Source of the DNA: Myxococcota bacterium
Lineage (GTDB): Bacteria > Myxococcota_A > UBA9160 > SZUA-336
Length of the DNA: 64,000 bases
Direction of reading: 5' to 3'
NCBI GenBank assembly: GCA_965247115.1
Contig: CBDFGR010000001.1
Coordinates: 64,001 to 128,000 of the forward strand
Part shown: in pieces, positions 25,468 to 40,328 of the stretch
How positions within the stretch are numbered: the stretch's first letter is position 1
How the letters are laid out: each line of letters begins with the position of its first letter
Notes under the pieces: generated by a model
Seen by the model: the letters and a program-made list of their open reading frames with translations, nothing else
Databases searched by the model: none
What the model was told of the DNA's origin: nothing
Translations under genes and position numbers: made by a program

Positions 25468-26740
25468 GGACACGAATCCGGGGAGTCCGAATCCTGGATC
25501 CGTCGAGCGGGCGCGACGAGCTCGGCGAGCTCGACGTGGACGGGGGTCGGATCGCGGAGCCTGTCGCGCACCAGACGCCCGACGAGGTCGTCGAGGGCGA
25601 CGGCCTCTGGCTGGCGCCCGGGTTCGTCGATCTGCATACGCATCTACGCGAGCCCGGTCAGGAGTACAAGGAGGACATCGCGACGGGTACCCGTGCCGCA
25701 GCGGCCGGCGGCTTCACCGCGGTCTGCGCCATGGCGAACACGGATCCCGTGAACGACAGCCCTGCGGTGACCGAGTTCATCCAGCGCAGGGCCCGGGATA
25801 CCGCCGCGGTGCGCGTGAACGTGATTGCAGCGGCCACCCAGCAGCTGCGCGGCGAGATCATGTCCGAGATGGCGGGCCTCGCGGCGGCGGGTGCGGTGGC
25901 GTTCTCCGACGACGGGGCCGTGATCATGAACGCGGGCGTGATGCGCCGCGTGCTCGAGTACGCCAGGGGCGTCGGCCGTCCGGTCATCGCGCACTGCGAG
26001 GATCTGGAGCTGCGCGGACCGGGCGTGGTCCACGAGGGCGCGCACGCGACCTGTTGCGGTCTGTCGGGCTCCCCCGCCGAGGCCGAGACCGTGATGGTCG
26101 CCCGCGACATCGAGCTCGCTCGTCTCACGGGAGCCCACCTGCACGTCGCGCACGTTTCGGCCGGGCGATCGGTCGAGCTCATCCGTGAGGCCAAGGCCGC
26201 GGGCGTCCGCGTCACCGCAGAGGTGACGCCGCACCATCTCTCGCTCTCCGACGAGGTGATCCGCGACTACGACACGAACACGAAGATGGCCCCGCCGCTT
26301 CGGACGGCACGTGACCGCGAGGCACTGCGGGAGGGGCTGGCGGATGGCACGCTCGATTGCGTGGCCACGGATCACGCCCCCCACGCCAGCTACGAGAAAG
26401 ACGTCGAGTACGGCGAGGCGGCCTTCGGAGTCGTGGGCCTCGAGACGGCTCTCCCCTGTGTGCTCGAGCTCGTACGCGAGGGAAGGCTCTCCCCGCTCGC
26501 TGCGGTGGCCCGACTCTCCACGCAGCCGGCCCGGGTGCTGGGCCTGCGCGGCGGAACCCTGGAGGTCGGAAGCCCCGCGGACCTGGTGCTCGTGGATCCG
26601 GATCAGGTCTGGAAGCTCGAGAGGCGCGACCTGCACTCGCGCTCACACAACTCCGCCTTCCTCGGCCGCGAGCTACGCGGGCGCGCGGTCCTCACCTGGG
26701 TGGGTGGACGCACGGTGTACGCCCTGGACGGGGCTGCGGA

Positions 26741-26744
<4 letters not shown>
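25464..26744 (+). CDS. pyrC: Dihydroorotase
   Basis: [17 protein letters not shown]. Confidence 0.96.
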
Positions 26745-31049
<4,305 letters not shown>

Positions 31050-31058
31050 GGCGCGGCG

Positions 31059-33404
31059 GTGTCGGAGTTTCTCGAGCTGGTTCGCACCATACACGGTCCG
31101 CTGGAGTTCGCGCGCGGGCAGCCCGAGCGGCTGGAACGCACGCCGGGACTGCGCGAGAGCCTGCTCGGCGCGCTGCGACGCGGCGCCGAGCTGCACATCC
31201 CGCCAGAGGCGAAGCGGCGCCTGGAAGCAGCCGCCCGCGCGCTGGAGACGGGCGACGCAGCCCAAGCACTCGAGTTCGCCTCCGAGCGACTCGCCCCGAT
31301 CCTCGATCCCACCTACCCACAGCGGGCGCTCAGCCAGCCAACCGTGCGCCTGCCGGGTGTTGGCCCGAAGACGGCCGATGCCCTGGTCCGAAAGGAGATC
31401 CGGCGCGTCGAAGATCTGCTCTTCTTCCTGCCGCGATCCTACGAGGATCGGCGCGAGCTGTGCTCGATCGAGGCGCTGCAGGTCGGTCGCCCCGCCTGCT
31501 TCCGGGGCACCGTGACCCGGGCCCACGTCGTCTCGAGCCGCAAGGGGCGGAGCTTTCTCCAGGCCGTCGTCAGCGACGACACGGCCTCGGTTCAGCTCAA
31601 GTGGTTCCGAGGGGTCGCGCACTTCCGCGACAGGGTCGTGCCAGGCGCGGAGCTGCTCGTGGCGGGAGACGTGCGCCGCTATCGCTTCGCGAAGGAGCTG
31701 CACCATCCGGAGGTCGAGATCCTGAACGACGCAACGGCTCTCGAGCACCTGTCACGGATCGTTCCCACGTACTCCGCCGTCGAGGGCGTGCCGCCGCGCA
31801 CGCTGCGCCGGCTCGTCCAGGCGGCGGTCGAGCACGCAGGCGACCTGGTCGAGGCCTGGCTACCGCCGGAGGTGACGCGGGAGCTCGCGCTGCCGGAAGT
31901 GGGCCACGCGCTCCGTGAGGTCCACGCGCCGGATCCCGAGCTCGACCCGGAGCAGCTGCGGGAGCGGCGAACGCCCTACCACATGCGCCTGGTCGCGGAG
32001 GAGCTGTTCCTGCTCCAGGTGGGTATCACACTGCGCCGCTCTGCCCTCGCGAGCCGTCGGGCGGCGCCGCTCGACGTCCGCTCTCCCGAGGTCCGCCAAG
32101 CGCTTCGCGCGCTGCCATTCACGCTCACGAAGGACCAGGTGCGGGCGTGGGACGAGATCGGCGCCGACCTGGCGCGGCCCCGTCCCATGAATCGGCTGCT
32201 GGTTGGCGACGTGGGCACCGGGAAGACGGTGCTCGCGGTGCTCGGCGGTGTGGCGGCGCACGTGTCGGGAGCGTTGACAGCCGTGCTCGCGCCCACGGAG
32301 ATCCTCGCCGAGCAGCACTTCGAGACCTTTCGCAGTCTGGCGGGACCGCTGGGTCTGCGCGTTGCGCTCCTCACTGGCAGCACACCGCTGCCGGAGCGAC
32401 GCTCGCTCTTGCGGCTGCTGCAGCTGGGCGAGATCGCGATCGTAATCGGGACGCACGCACTGCTCTCCGGCTCGGTCGCACTGCCCTGGCTGGGTCTCTG
32501 CGTCATCGACGAGCAGCACCGCTTCGGCGTAGCACAGCGCCGCAGCCTGGGGCGCAAGGGCGACAATCCGCACCTGCTTGTCATGTCCGCCACGCCGATT
32601 CCGCGCACGCTCGCGCTGACGGCCTTCGGCGATCTCGACCATTCGACGCTGCATGAGCGCCCGCCCGGACGCTCGCCCGTGGAGACTCGGGTCGTCCCTC
32701 CCTCCGCGGGACGTCAGGTCTTCGAGGAGCTCCGTCGAACGCTCGCCCGCGGCGAGCAGGCGTACGTGGTGTACCCGCTGGTGGAGGAGTCGGAGAAGCA
32801 GGACCTGCAGGATGCGACGCGGGGCTTCGAACGACTGCGCAAGGCGCTCCCGGGAGTGCCGCTCGCGCTCATGCACGGCAGGTTGGACGCGTCCGAGCGG
32901 AGCCGAGTCATGGCGCGCTTCAGCACTGGCGAGGTGCGAGTTCTGGTGTCGACGAGCGTGATCGAGGTCGGCCTCGACGTGCACGACGCCACCTTGCTGG
33001 TGGTACAGCACGCGGAGCGCTTCGGCCTGGCCCAGCTCCACCAGCTGCGGGGTCGGGTTGGACGCGGCAAGAAGGCGGGTCTGGCCATGCTGATGGCGGA
33101 GCCAAAGGGCGAGGGGGCGTCGCGCCGGCTGGCGGTGCTCGAGGCGAGCGATAGCGGCTTCGAGATCGCGGAGGAAGACCTGCGCATCCGCGGCGCTGGC
33201 GAGTGGCTGGGTACCCGCCAGGCGGGCCGCCTTCCGGAGCTGCGCCTCGCGGACCTGGTCCGGCACGGCGAGCTGCTGCCCCGCATGCGGACCGCGGCCA
33301 CCCGCCTGCTGCGCAGCGACCCCGGGCTCGAGAAGAACGCCCGGCTCCGCGCCACCGTAGAGCGTCGCTGGGGTGACCGTCTGGACTTCAGCTCTGTGGC
33401 ATAG
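31059..33404 (+). CDS. recG: ATP-dependent DNA helicase RecG
   Basis: GDVGTGKT, DEQHRFG, SATPIPR, QLRGRVGRG. Confidence 0.97.
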   Translation: MSEFLELVRTIHGPLEFARGQPERLERTPGLRESLLGALRRGAELHIPPEAKRRLEAAARALETGDAAQALEFASERLAPILDPTYPQRALSQPTVRLPGVGPKTADALVRKEIRRVEDLLFFLPRSYEDRRELCSIEALQVGRPACFRGTVTRAHVVSSRKGRSFLQAVVSDDTASVQLKWFRGVAHFRDRVVPGAELLVAGDVRRYRFAKELHHPEVEILNDATALEHLSRIVPTYSAVEGVPPRTLRRLVQAAVEHAGDLVEAWLPPEVTRELALPEVGHALREVHAPDPELDPEQLRERRTPYHMRLVAEELFLLQVGITLRRSALASRRAAPLDVRSPEVRQALRALPFTLTKDQVRAWDEIGADLARPRPMNRLLVGDVGTGKTVLAVLGGVAAHVSGALTAVLAPTEILAEQHFETFRSLAGPLGLRVALLTGSTPLPERRSLLRLLQLGEIAIVIGTHALLSGSVALPWLGLCVIDEQHRFGVAQRRSLGRKGDNPHLLVMSATPIPRTLALTAFGDLDHSTLHERPPGRSPVETRVVPPSAGRQVFEELRRTLARGEQAYVVYPLVEESEKQDLQDATRGFERLRKALPGVPLALMHGRLDASERSRVMARFSTGEVRVLVSTSVIEVGLDVHDATLLVVQHAERFGLAQLHQLRGRVGRGKKAGLAMLMAEPKGEGASRRLAVLEASDSGFEIAEEDLRIRGAGEWLGTRQAGRLPELRLADLVRHGELLPRMRTAATRLLRSDPGLEKNARLRATVERRWGDRLDFSSVA

Positions 33405-33456
33405 CTGCCACCCGGCGGCGCTTGCACCGAGGCCAAGGGATCCCGAGACTGTGCGC

Positions 33457-34629
33457 ATGAGTCGCTTCGAGAAGATCGATCGACTGCCCCCTTATGGGCT
33501 GTCGATCGTCAACGAGCTCAAGCTGGAGGCGCGACGTCGGGGCGAGGACGTGATCGACCTCGGGTTTGGCAACCCGAATCACGCCACCCCACCACACATC
33601 GTCGAGAAGCTGGTCTCGGCCGCTCGGGATCCGCGCAACCACCGCTACTCCTCCTCACGGGGCCTGCCGAACCTGCGCCGCGCCATCAGGGACTGGTACC
33701 GGCGGCGCTTCCAGGTCGACCTCGACGCCGAGACCGAGGTGCTCACGACGATCGGCGCCAAGGAGGGCCTCTCGCACTTCGTCATGGGGACGATCTCTCA
33801 TGGCGACGTCGTGCTCTGCCCCGATCCTTGCTACCCGATTCACGCCTTCTCGGTGGTGATCGCTGGGGGCGACATCCACCGCGTCCCGCTCCAACCCCTG
33901 GACACCTTCGTCGAACGCCTCGAAGACGCGATCTCATTGTGCTGGCCGCGCCCCAAGCTGTTGATCGCGTCCTTCCCGCACAATCCGACCACCGCCTCGG
34001 TCGACCTGGCGTTCATGACCCAGCTGGTTGACCTGTGTCGCGAGCAGGAGCTTTTCCTGGTCCACGACCTCGCCTACGCCGAGATCTGCTTCGACGGCTA
34101 CCGACCACCGAGCGTGCTGCAGGTGCCGGGGGCGCGCGAGATCGCGATCGAGTTCACGTCGCTCTCCAAGTCGCACGCCATGCCAGGCTGGCGGGTCGGC
34201 TTCGCGGCTGGAAACGCAGAGATGGTGCAAATGCTGGCGCGGGTGAAGAGCTATCTCGACTACGGGACCTTCCAGCCGATCCAGATCGCCGCCATCGTCG
34301 CGCTGGACGGTCCACAGGACGTGGTCGAAACCGTGGTCTCAGACTACCAGGCCCGGCGCGACGCCCTGATCGAGGGCCTGGGAGCGGATTGGAAGATCGA
34401 GAAGCCTCCGGCGACCATGTTTGTCTGGGCGCCGCTGCCCAGCGGGTTCGACCAGCTGGATTCGCTTGCGTTCTCGAAGCTGCTGCTGGAGCGAGCGCAG
34501 GTAGCGGTGTCCCCGGGTATCGGCTTTGGTCCATCCGGCGAGGGCTACGTGCGCTTTGCCCTCGTCGAGAACACACACCGGACTCGCCAGGCGGTCCGGA
34601 ACATCCGGAGGCTCCTCAAGAGTGGCTGA
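33457..34629 (+). CDS. Class I/II PLP aminotransferase (AlaC-like)
   Basis: DLGFGNP, HRYSSSRG, FPHNPT, SKSHAMPGWRVGF; upstream of hom-thrC. Confidence 0.9.
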   Translation: MSRFEKIDRLPPYGLSIVNELKLEARRRGEDVIDLGFGNPNHATPPHIVEKLVSAARDPRNHRYSSSRGLPNLRRAIRDWYRRRFQVDLDAETEVLTTIGAKEGLSHFVMGTISHGDVVLCPDPCYPIHAFSVVIAGGDIHRVPLQPLDTFVERLEDAISLCWPRPKLLIASFPHNPTTASVDLAFMTQLVDLCREQELFLVHDLAYAEICFDGYRPPSVLQVPGAREIAIEFTSLSKSHAMPGWRVGFAAGNAEMVQMLARVKSYLDYGTFQPIQIAAIVALDGPQDVVETVVSDYQARRDALIEGLGADWKIEKPPATMFVWAPLPSGFDQLDSLAFSKLLLERAQVAVSPGIGFGPSGEGYVRFALVENTHRTRQAVRNIRRLLKSG

Positions 34630-35929
34630 GCGCGCTGTCAGGCTGGGGCTCGTAGGCCTCGGCACGGTTGGAACTGGGGTGGTGCGGATCCTCCAGGAGG
34701 GCGGAGCGCGCATTGCGGAACGCCTGGGCTTTCCGCTCGAGCTGGTGACGATCGCCGTCCAGGATCCACGCAAGGAGCGGAGCGTGCCGCTCGACGGCTA
34801 CACGCTGACGGGTGACTGGCGTCGAGTTGTCGACGATCCGGAGATCGACCTCGTGCTCGAGCTCGTGGGCGGCACCGACGTCGCGCGTAGCGTGGTGCTC
34901 GCGGCGCTGGACGCGGGCAAGAGCGTCGTGACTGCGAACAAGGCGCTGCTGGCCGAGCACGGGGAGGAGGTCTACGCACTCGCCGCCTCCAAGCGCGTCG
35001 AGGTCGCGTTCGAGGGAAGTGTCGCGGGGACGATCCCGGTTCTGCGCGCACTGCGCGAGGGCCTGTGCGCGGACAGGATCGACTCTGTGCTGGGCATCGT
35101 GAACGGCACCTGCAACTTCATCCTCACGGAGATGGAAGAGCGACGGGAGTCGTACCAGGCGTGCCTCCTGCGTGCGCAGGAGCTCGGCTACGCGGAGCCG
35201 GACCCGACCTTCGACGTGGACGGCACTGACTCCGCGCACAAGCTGTCCATCCTGCTCGCCATGGCGTTCGGCGTTCGCGTCCGTCCGGGAGACTTCGCGG
35301 TCGAGGGCATCCAGCGCATCGCGCCGATCGACGTGGAGGTCGCGCAGCGCATCGGTCTGCGCATCAAGCTCCTGGCCGTCGCAAAGCGCGGTGAGCACGG
35401 AATTGAGGCCCAGGTCCATCCGACCATGATCCCGACGAGCAGTGTTCTGGCCCAGGTTGACGGGCCCATGAACGCGGTCGAGGTGCAGGGGCTCCACTCG
35501 GGCCCCACGCTCTACTACGGAGCCGGCGCGGGGCCGCTCCCCACGGGGAGCGCCGTCGTGGGCGACGTGATGGAGCTCGCCCGGAGCCGCCGGCTGGGAG
35601 CGCCGCTGCGCGTGCCGCCGCTCGGGACTCCAGAGCTTGCGGCACTGCCGCTCGCCCGGCCAGAGGATCTGGAAGGGGAGTACTATCTGCGTGTGGGTGC
35701 GCTGGATTCACCCGGCGTCCTGGCGCGGATCGCCGGGGCACTGGGAGAGGCCGGGATCAGCATCGCGTCCGTCCTGCAGGAGGAGCGTCGCGCCGCACGC
35801 GTCGTACCAATCGTGATCACTACCCACATCGCGCGCCAGGCGAGCCTCGACACGGCCCTGCACGGGATCGAGCAGCTCGCGGAGGTCACGCAGCCCGTGC
35901 AGGTGATTCGGATCGAGCGAGGGATCTAG
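34622..35929 (+). CDS. hom: Homoserine dehydrogenase (C-terminal ACT domain)
   Basis: [30 protein letters not shown] start at 34622. Confidence 0.96.
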   Translation: MAERAVRLGLVGLGTVGTGVVRILQEGGARIAERLGFPLELVTIAVQDPRKERSVPLDGYTLTGDWRRVVDDPEIDLVLELVGGTDVARSVVLAALDAGKSVVTANKALLAEHGEEVYALAASKRVEVAFEGSVAGTIPVLRALREGLCADRIDSVLGIVNGTCNFILTEMEERRESYQACLLRAQELGYAEPDPTFDVDGTDSAHKLSILLAMAFGVRVRPGDFAVEGIQRIAPIDVEVAQRIGLRIKLLAVAKRGEHGIEAQVHPTMIPTSSVLAQVDGPMNAVEVQGLHSGPTLYYGAGAGPLPTGSAVVGDVMELARSRRLGAPLRVPPLGTPELAALPLARPEDLEGEYYLRVGALDSPGVLARIAGALGEAGISIASVLQEERRAARVVPIVITTHIARQASLDTALHGIEQLAEVTQPVQVIRIERGI

Positions 35930-35931
35930 CC

Positions 35932-37287
35932 ATGCAGGAACACCACGTCGAAGGTCGCTTCGAGAGCTGGTTCGAGTGCTTCGCTGGCTGTGACGGCCGC
36001 TGGCCCCTCACAGAGGTGATCTACCGCTGCCCGCGCTGCGACGGACTGCTGATGGTGACGCCCGACATGGAGGCCCTCAAGAAGATCCCCGGTGAGAGGT
36101 GGAGAGCTGTCTTCGAGGGGCGGGACCACACGACCGAGTGGCCGTACGCGAGTGGGGTCTGGGGCAAGCGCGAGCTGGTCTGCCCGATCGTGCAGCCGGA
36201 CAACATCGTCTCCATGTACGAGGGCCAGACGAATCTCTTCTGGGCGCGACGCCTGGGTCAGCAGCTGGGCTTGCCGGACCTGTGGATCAAGCAGTGCGGC
36301 AATACCCATACAGGAAGCTTCAAAGATCTCGGTATGACGGTGCTGGTCTCGGTCGTGAACGAGATGATGAGCCGTGGCCAGCAGGTGCGCGCGGTGGCCT
36401 GCGCGTCCACAGGCGACACCTCGGCCGCACTGGCCGCGTACGCCGCCTACGCCGGTATTCCGGCCATAGTCCTGCTGCCGAAGGACAAGGTATCCATCGC
36501 GCAGCTCGTGCAGCCTGTGGCCAACGGCGCCATCACCCTTTCGCTCGATACCGACTTTGACGGCTGCATGGAGATCGTGCAGCAGATCGCCGTGCAAGAT
36601 GGCATTTACCTCGCGAACTCGATGAACTCCCTGCGCATCGAGGGTCAGAAGACCGTCGGTATGGAGATCGTGCAGCAGTTCGACTGGGAGGTCCCGGACT
36701 GGATCGTGATTCCCGGGGGGAACCTGGGCAACGTCTCGGCGCTGGGCAAAGGACTGCTGGAGTTCCAGGAGCTGGGGATCATCGATCGCCTGCCGCGGAT
36801 CGCTTGCGCCCAGGCGGAGCGCGCGAACCCGCTATACAGCAGCTACGTGCAGGACTTCGAGAAGTTCGAGCCGATGGAGGCGCAGCCCACTCTGGCGACA
36901 GCGATCCAGATCGGTCACCCGGTCTCGTACGAGAGGGCGATCGACGTCCTGCGCCGCTTCGACGGAGTTGTCGAGCAGGCCACCGAGCAGGAGCTGGCGG
37001 ACGCCTCGGCCGAGGCCGACCTCACGGGTCTCTTTAGCTGCCCGCATACGGGCGTCGCGCTCGCTGCGCTCCGAAAGTTGCTCGCCCGAGGCGTCATCAA
37101 GCGCGACGAACGTGTCGTCGTGATCTCGACCGCGCACGGTCTCAAGTTCACGGATTTCAAGGTTCGCTATCACGAGGGGGAGCTGTCGGGGATCGCGTCG
37201 CGACACGGGAATCCACCGATCGTGCTTCCGCCGGACTACCGCGGCGTGCGGGACGAGATCTTCCGACAGATCGAAGCGCGTTTCTGA
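35932..37287 (+). CDS. thrC: Threonine synthase
   Basis: [32 protein letters not shown]. Confidence 0.95.
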   Translation: MQEHHVEGRFESWFECFAGCDGRWPLTEVIYRCPRCDGLLMVTPDMEALKKIPGERWRAVFEGRDHTTEWPYASGVWGKRELVCPIVQPDNIVSMYEGQTNLFWARRLGQQLGLPDLWIKQCGNTHTGSFKDLGMTVLVSVVNEMMSRGQQVRAVACASTGDTSAALAAYAAYAGIPAIVLLPKDKVSIAQLVQPVANGAITLSLDTDFDGCMEIVQQIAVQDGIYLANSMNSLRIEGQKTVGMEIVQQFDWEVPDWIVIPGGNLGNVSALGKGLLEFQELGIIDRLPRIACAQAERANPLYSSYVQDFEKFEPMEAQPTLATAIQIGHPVSYERAIDVLRRFDGVVEQATEQELADASAEADLTGLFSCPHTGVALAALRKLLARGVIKRDERVVVISTAHGLKFTDFKVRYHEGELSGIASRHGNPPIVLPPDYRGVRDEIFRQIEARF

Positions 37288-37318
37288 GCTACGCCAGCAT
37301 TCAGCCAGGAGGGATCTG

Positions 37319-38275
37319 ATGAGCCTCGATCGAAATTTGGCGCTCGAACTGGTTCGCGCGACAGAAGCCGCTGCACTTGCATGCAGCGGCCTGATGGGCA
37401 GGGGCGACGAGATGGCGGCCGATCAGGCTGCGGTCGACGCTATGCGGGGTGCGCTGAATCGGATCGAGATGGACTCGGTCGTCGTGATTGGCGAGGGCGA
37501 GCGCGATCAGGCCCCCATGCTCTACATCGGTGAGAAGGTGGGGACCGGAAGTGGCGAGAAGCTCGAGATCGCGCTCGACCCGCTGGAGGGCACCACCATC
37601 TGTGCCACCGGGGGCCCGAACGCGCTCTCGGTGATCGCTGCCGCCGAGGAGGGCGGTTTTCTCCACGCGCCGGACACCTACATGGACAAGATCGCGGTCG
37701 GGCCCGCCGGCCGAGGCGCGATCAACATCGACAAGAGCCCGACAGAGAATCTACGGGCGGTCGCCGAGGCGAAGCGCGTGCCCGTGGACGAGCTGACGGT
37801 CGTGATCCTCGACCGGCCGCGGCACGAGAATCTGATCGAGGAGGTGCGCAGTGTTGGTGCCCGCATCAAGCTGATCAAGGACGGGGACGTCTCGGCGGCG
37901 ATCGCGACATGCAGCCGCGAGCACAGGGTCGATCTGCTGATGGGGATTGGCGGCGCGCCGGAGGGGGTGATCGCCGCGGCCGCTCTCCGCTGCCGCGGTG
38001 GCGACATGCATGGCCGGCTCATGCCGCGCAACGCCGAGGAGGTGGAGCGCGCGCGGGGGATGGGCGTCACGGATATCCACGCCAAGCTCACACTCGAGGA
38101 TCTGGCCTCCGGGAACGTCATGTTCGCCGGCACCGGAGTCACGTCCGGGGACTTCTTGCACGGCGTGAGTTTTCGACCGGAGGGCGCCGTAACCCACTCC
38201 GTCGTGATGCGGAGCGAGACCATGACCACGCGCTGGATCGAGGCCGAGCACAACTTCCGGTACGATCCGGCCTGA
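37319..38275 (+). CDS. glpX: Class II fructose-1,6-bisphosphatase
   Basis: IGEGERD.APMLYIGE, DPLEGT, GGAPEGV. Confidence 0.97.
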   Translation: MSLDRNLALELVRATEAAALACSGLMGRGDEMAADQAAVDAMRGALNRIEMDSVVVIGEGERDQAPMLYIGEKVGTGSGEKLEIALDPLEGTTICATGGPNALSVIAAAEEGGFLHAPDTYMDKIAVGPAGRGAINIDKSPTENLRAVAEAKRVPVDELTVVILDRPRHENLIEEVRSVGARIKLIKDGDVSAAIATCSREHRVDLLMGIGGAPEGVIAAAALRCRGGDMHGRLMPRNAEEVERARGMGVTDIHAKLTLEDLASGNVMFAGTGVTSGDFLHGVSFRPEGAVTHSVVMRSETMTTRWIEAEHNFRYDPA

Positions 38276-38285
38276 GGCAGCCGCC

Positions 38286-38900
38286 ATGTTCACGGGCATT
38301 GTCGAGGCCGTCGGAGAGGTCGCTCGGATCGAGCCACAAGGCGACGGGGCGGCGCTCGTGATCGCGGTGCCCTCCGACCTGTGCGCGGGCGTGAAGGTCG
38401 GGGACAGCATCTCGATCAGCGGCTGCTGCCTGACCGTGACGGCTGCGGCGCCCGCCCACCTTTCCTTTCAGGCGATCCCCGAGACCCTGCGCCGCACGGC
38501 GCTCGGAACTCGTGCCGTCGGGGACCGCGTGAACCTCGAGCGCGCCATGCGCGCAGACGCGCGCTTTGACGGGCACATCGTGCAAGGACACGTCGATGCG
38601 ACTGGCGAGATTCGCTCGATTCAGCGGGCTGGCCTGGACGTGATTCTCCGGACCGAATGTGCAGTGGAGCTCGCGCGCCAGCTGGTGCCAAAGGGTTCGA
38701 TCACAATGGACGGCGTATCGTTGACCGTGATCGAGCCCGACGTTTCCGGCTTTGGGGTGGCCTTGATCCCCCACACGCTGGAGGCCACCACACTGGGGGA
38801 ACGTCGCGAAGGGGATGCCGTGAACCTCGAGCTCGACGTCCTTGGCAAGTACGTGCTCCGCTATCTCGACCAGCGACTGGAGCCCTCACAGAGCCGCTGA
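38286..38900 (+). CDS. ribE: Riboflavin synthase (alpha chain)
   Basis: MFTGIVE, GHIVQGHVD, GVSLTV. Confidence 0.96.
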   Translation: MFTGIVEAVGEVARIEPQGDGAALVIAVPSDLCAGVKVGDSISISGCCLTVTAAAPAHLSFQAIPETLRRTALGTRAVGDRVNLERAMRADARFDGHIVQGHVDATGEIRSIQRAGLDVILRTECAVELARQLVPKGSITMDGVSLTVIEPDVSGFGVALIPHTLEATTLGERREGDAVNLELDVLGKYVLRYLDQRLEPSQSR

Positions 38901-39034
38901 CGCGGGCAGAGTCTACCCTCGAATTTCCTGCCGTCCCCGTTGTAGGATAAGTCTGACCGCGCCGGCGAAAGTCAGCTGACTGTAAAAGTGCGTCCTGGGC
39001 GGAAGCTCGAACCGGCTGTGGTCGGGAGTTCGCG

Positions 39035-39268
39035 ATGAAGGAGTTGGTCGAACAGATCGTGTTTGCGCTGGTAGATAAGCCTGAGGCTGTGCATATCACG
39101 GAGATCCGGGGCACCCACGCCCATGTGATTGAGCTGAGTGTGGCGAAAGAGGATCTGGGGAAGGTCATCGGAAAGGGAGGGGCTCACGCCTCTGCGATTC
39201 GGACGATTCTCTCAGCAGCAAGTGGGAAGGAGAACAAGCGATACATCCTGGAGATTATCGAGGACTGA
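39035..39268 (+). CDS. KhpA-like single KH-domain RNA-binding protein
   Basis: MKELVEQIVFALVDKPE...DLGKVIGKGG...AIRT; 77 aa. Confidence 0.92.
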   Translation: MKELVEQIVFALVDKPEAVHITEIRGTHAHVIELSVAKEDLGKVIGKGGAHASAIRTILSAASGKENKRYILEIIED

Positions 39269-39387
39269 TCGCCGTCTCCCTGCTCCGTTTTCCTGTGCCG
39301 TGCCCGCATGGCAAGCGTGTCACCCAAAGAACCTCTCACCTTTCCCCCGCGTCTGGCCGATACGTGACGCGGAGAGACCTCCTGGGA

Positions 39388-39888
39388 ATGGGTGACGTCA
39401 GCATGCAGAGTGAGCTTTCAGCAAATGAACATCACCGCACTGGACTCGAGCTCCTAGAGGGCGGCGAGGGGCAGCGGGGCTTCGACCATCTCACTCGCGC
39501 CTATCTAGAGGCGCCGGACTGCGCCAGCTATCGCTCTTCGTACGCACTGGCTCTGGCGCTCGTGCGGGGCCAGTTCCTGGGTGCAGTCGAGCTGGCGCGA
39601 GCTTCGGTCCGACAGGAGTTCTACAACCCGGACCTCTATCTGAACCTCTCACGGATCTACCTCGCCTTCGACTTCCGCGCGGAGGCGGTCCGTTTTCTGC
39701 GCCGCGCTCTCATGGTCGACCCCGAAAACGAAGGGGTGCATAGGCAGCTAGCGCAGCTCGGTGTCCGCAGACGTCCCCTTATCCGTTCCCTTCCGCGCAG
39801 CCACGTCTTGAACCGCTGGCTCGGTCGGGTGCAGTCACGCGTGCTCGGTATGTCGAGCTGGTCGGGAGCTGGCACACAGAACGCTTGA
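39388..39888 (+). CDS. TPR-like hypothetical protein
   Basis: YLNLSRIYL...EAVRFLRRALMVDPEN TPR-like helix pair; start uncertain (39388/39403). Confidence 0.7.
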   Translation: MGDVSMQSELSANEHHRTGLELLEGGEGQRGFDHLTRAYLEAPDCASYRSSYALALALVRGQFLGAVELARASVRQEFYNPDLYLNLSRIYLAFDFRAEAVRFLRRALMVDPENEGVHRQLAQLGVRRRPLIRSLPRSHVLNRWLGRVQSRVLGMSSWSGAGTQNA

Positions 39889-39912
39889 CAAGCTTCCGTC
39901 GACGGATAACCT
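39885..39912 (+). promoter_or_regulatory. Putative sigma70 promoter for bS22 gene
   Basis: TTGACA-16 nt-TAACCT. Confidence 0.4.
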
Positions 39913-39939
39913 CCGCCGCAGCTCAAGAGCGGAGTCCGT

Positions 39940-40032
39940 ATGGGAAGCGTGATCAAGAAGCGCCGGAAGAAGATGCGCAAGCACAAGTACAAGAAGCTCC
40001 GGGCGCGGAATCGACACAAGCGCAAGCGCTAG
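39940..40032 (+). CDS. Small ribosomal protein bS22 (AURKAIP1/COX24 domain), 30 aa
   Basis: Manual translation MGSVIKKRRKKMRKHKYKKLRARNRHKRKR*; SD GGAG; followed by a terminator. Confidence 0.9.
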   Translation: MGSVIKKRRKKMRKHKYKKLRARNRHKRKR

Positions 40033-40055
40033 TCGACTTCTCACGCATCGCGCGG

Positions 40056-40090
40056 ACGCACCGATGACCCCTCATCGGTGCGTTTTTTTT
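40056..40090 (+). terminator. Rho-independent terminator
   Basis: ACGCACCGATGA-CCCC-TCATCGGTGCGT then T-run. Confidence 0.92.
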
Positions 40091-40100
40091 GCGATTTTCG

Positions 40101-40130
40101 TTGACAGCGGGAAGATTCAGTGCCTACTGT
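40101..40130 (+). promoter_or_regulatory. Putative sigma70 promoter for basic repeat protein
   Basis: TTGACA-18 nt-TACTGT preceded by a T-rich stretch. Confidence 0.55.
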
Positions 40131-40328
40131 GTCCCGCATCCGAGGCCTGGAACCTCGCGTTTCGAATCGGGAAACGTCACTTCATGCTGCTTGGCCGAAG
40201 GGACTTGCCCGAAGAGACCGCAAGCAAAGGCAGCTCGGGCGTGCTCGAAGCCAAGGTCGAAACGCGGAGACGCGCTAGTACTGACGGGTCGGACACGAAA
40301 ACTAACAGCAACTGGGGGGTGAAAGAGC

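Noticed and set aside
40210..40300. c-di-GMP-I riboswitch in the leader of the basic protein
   Set aside because: Only a loose resemblance; the GGCAAA...GACGCAAAG core is not present, so no class was assigned.
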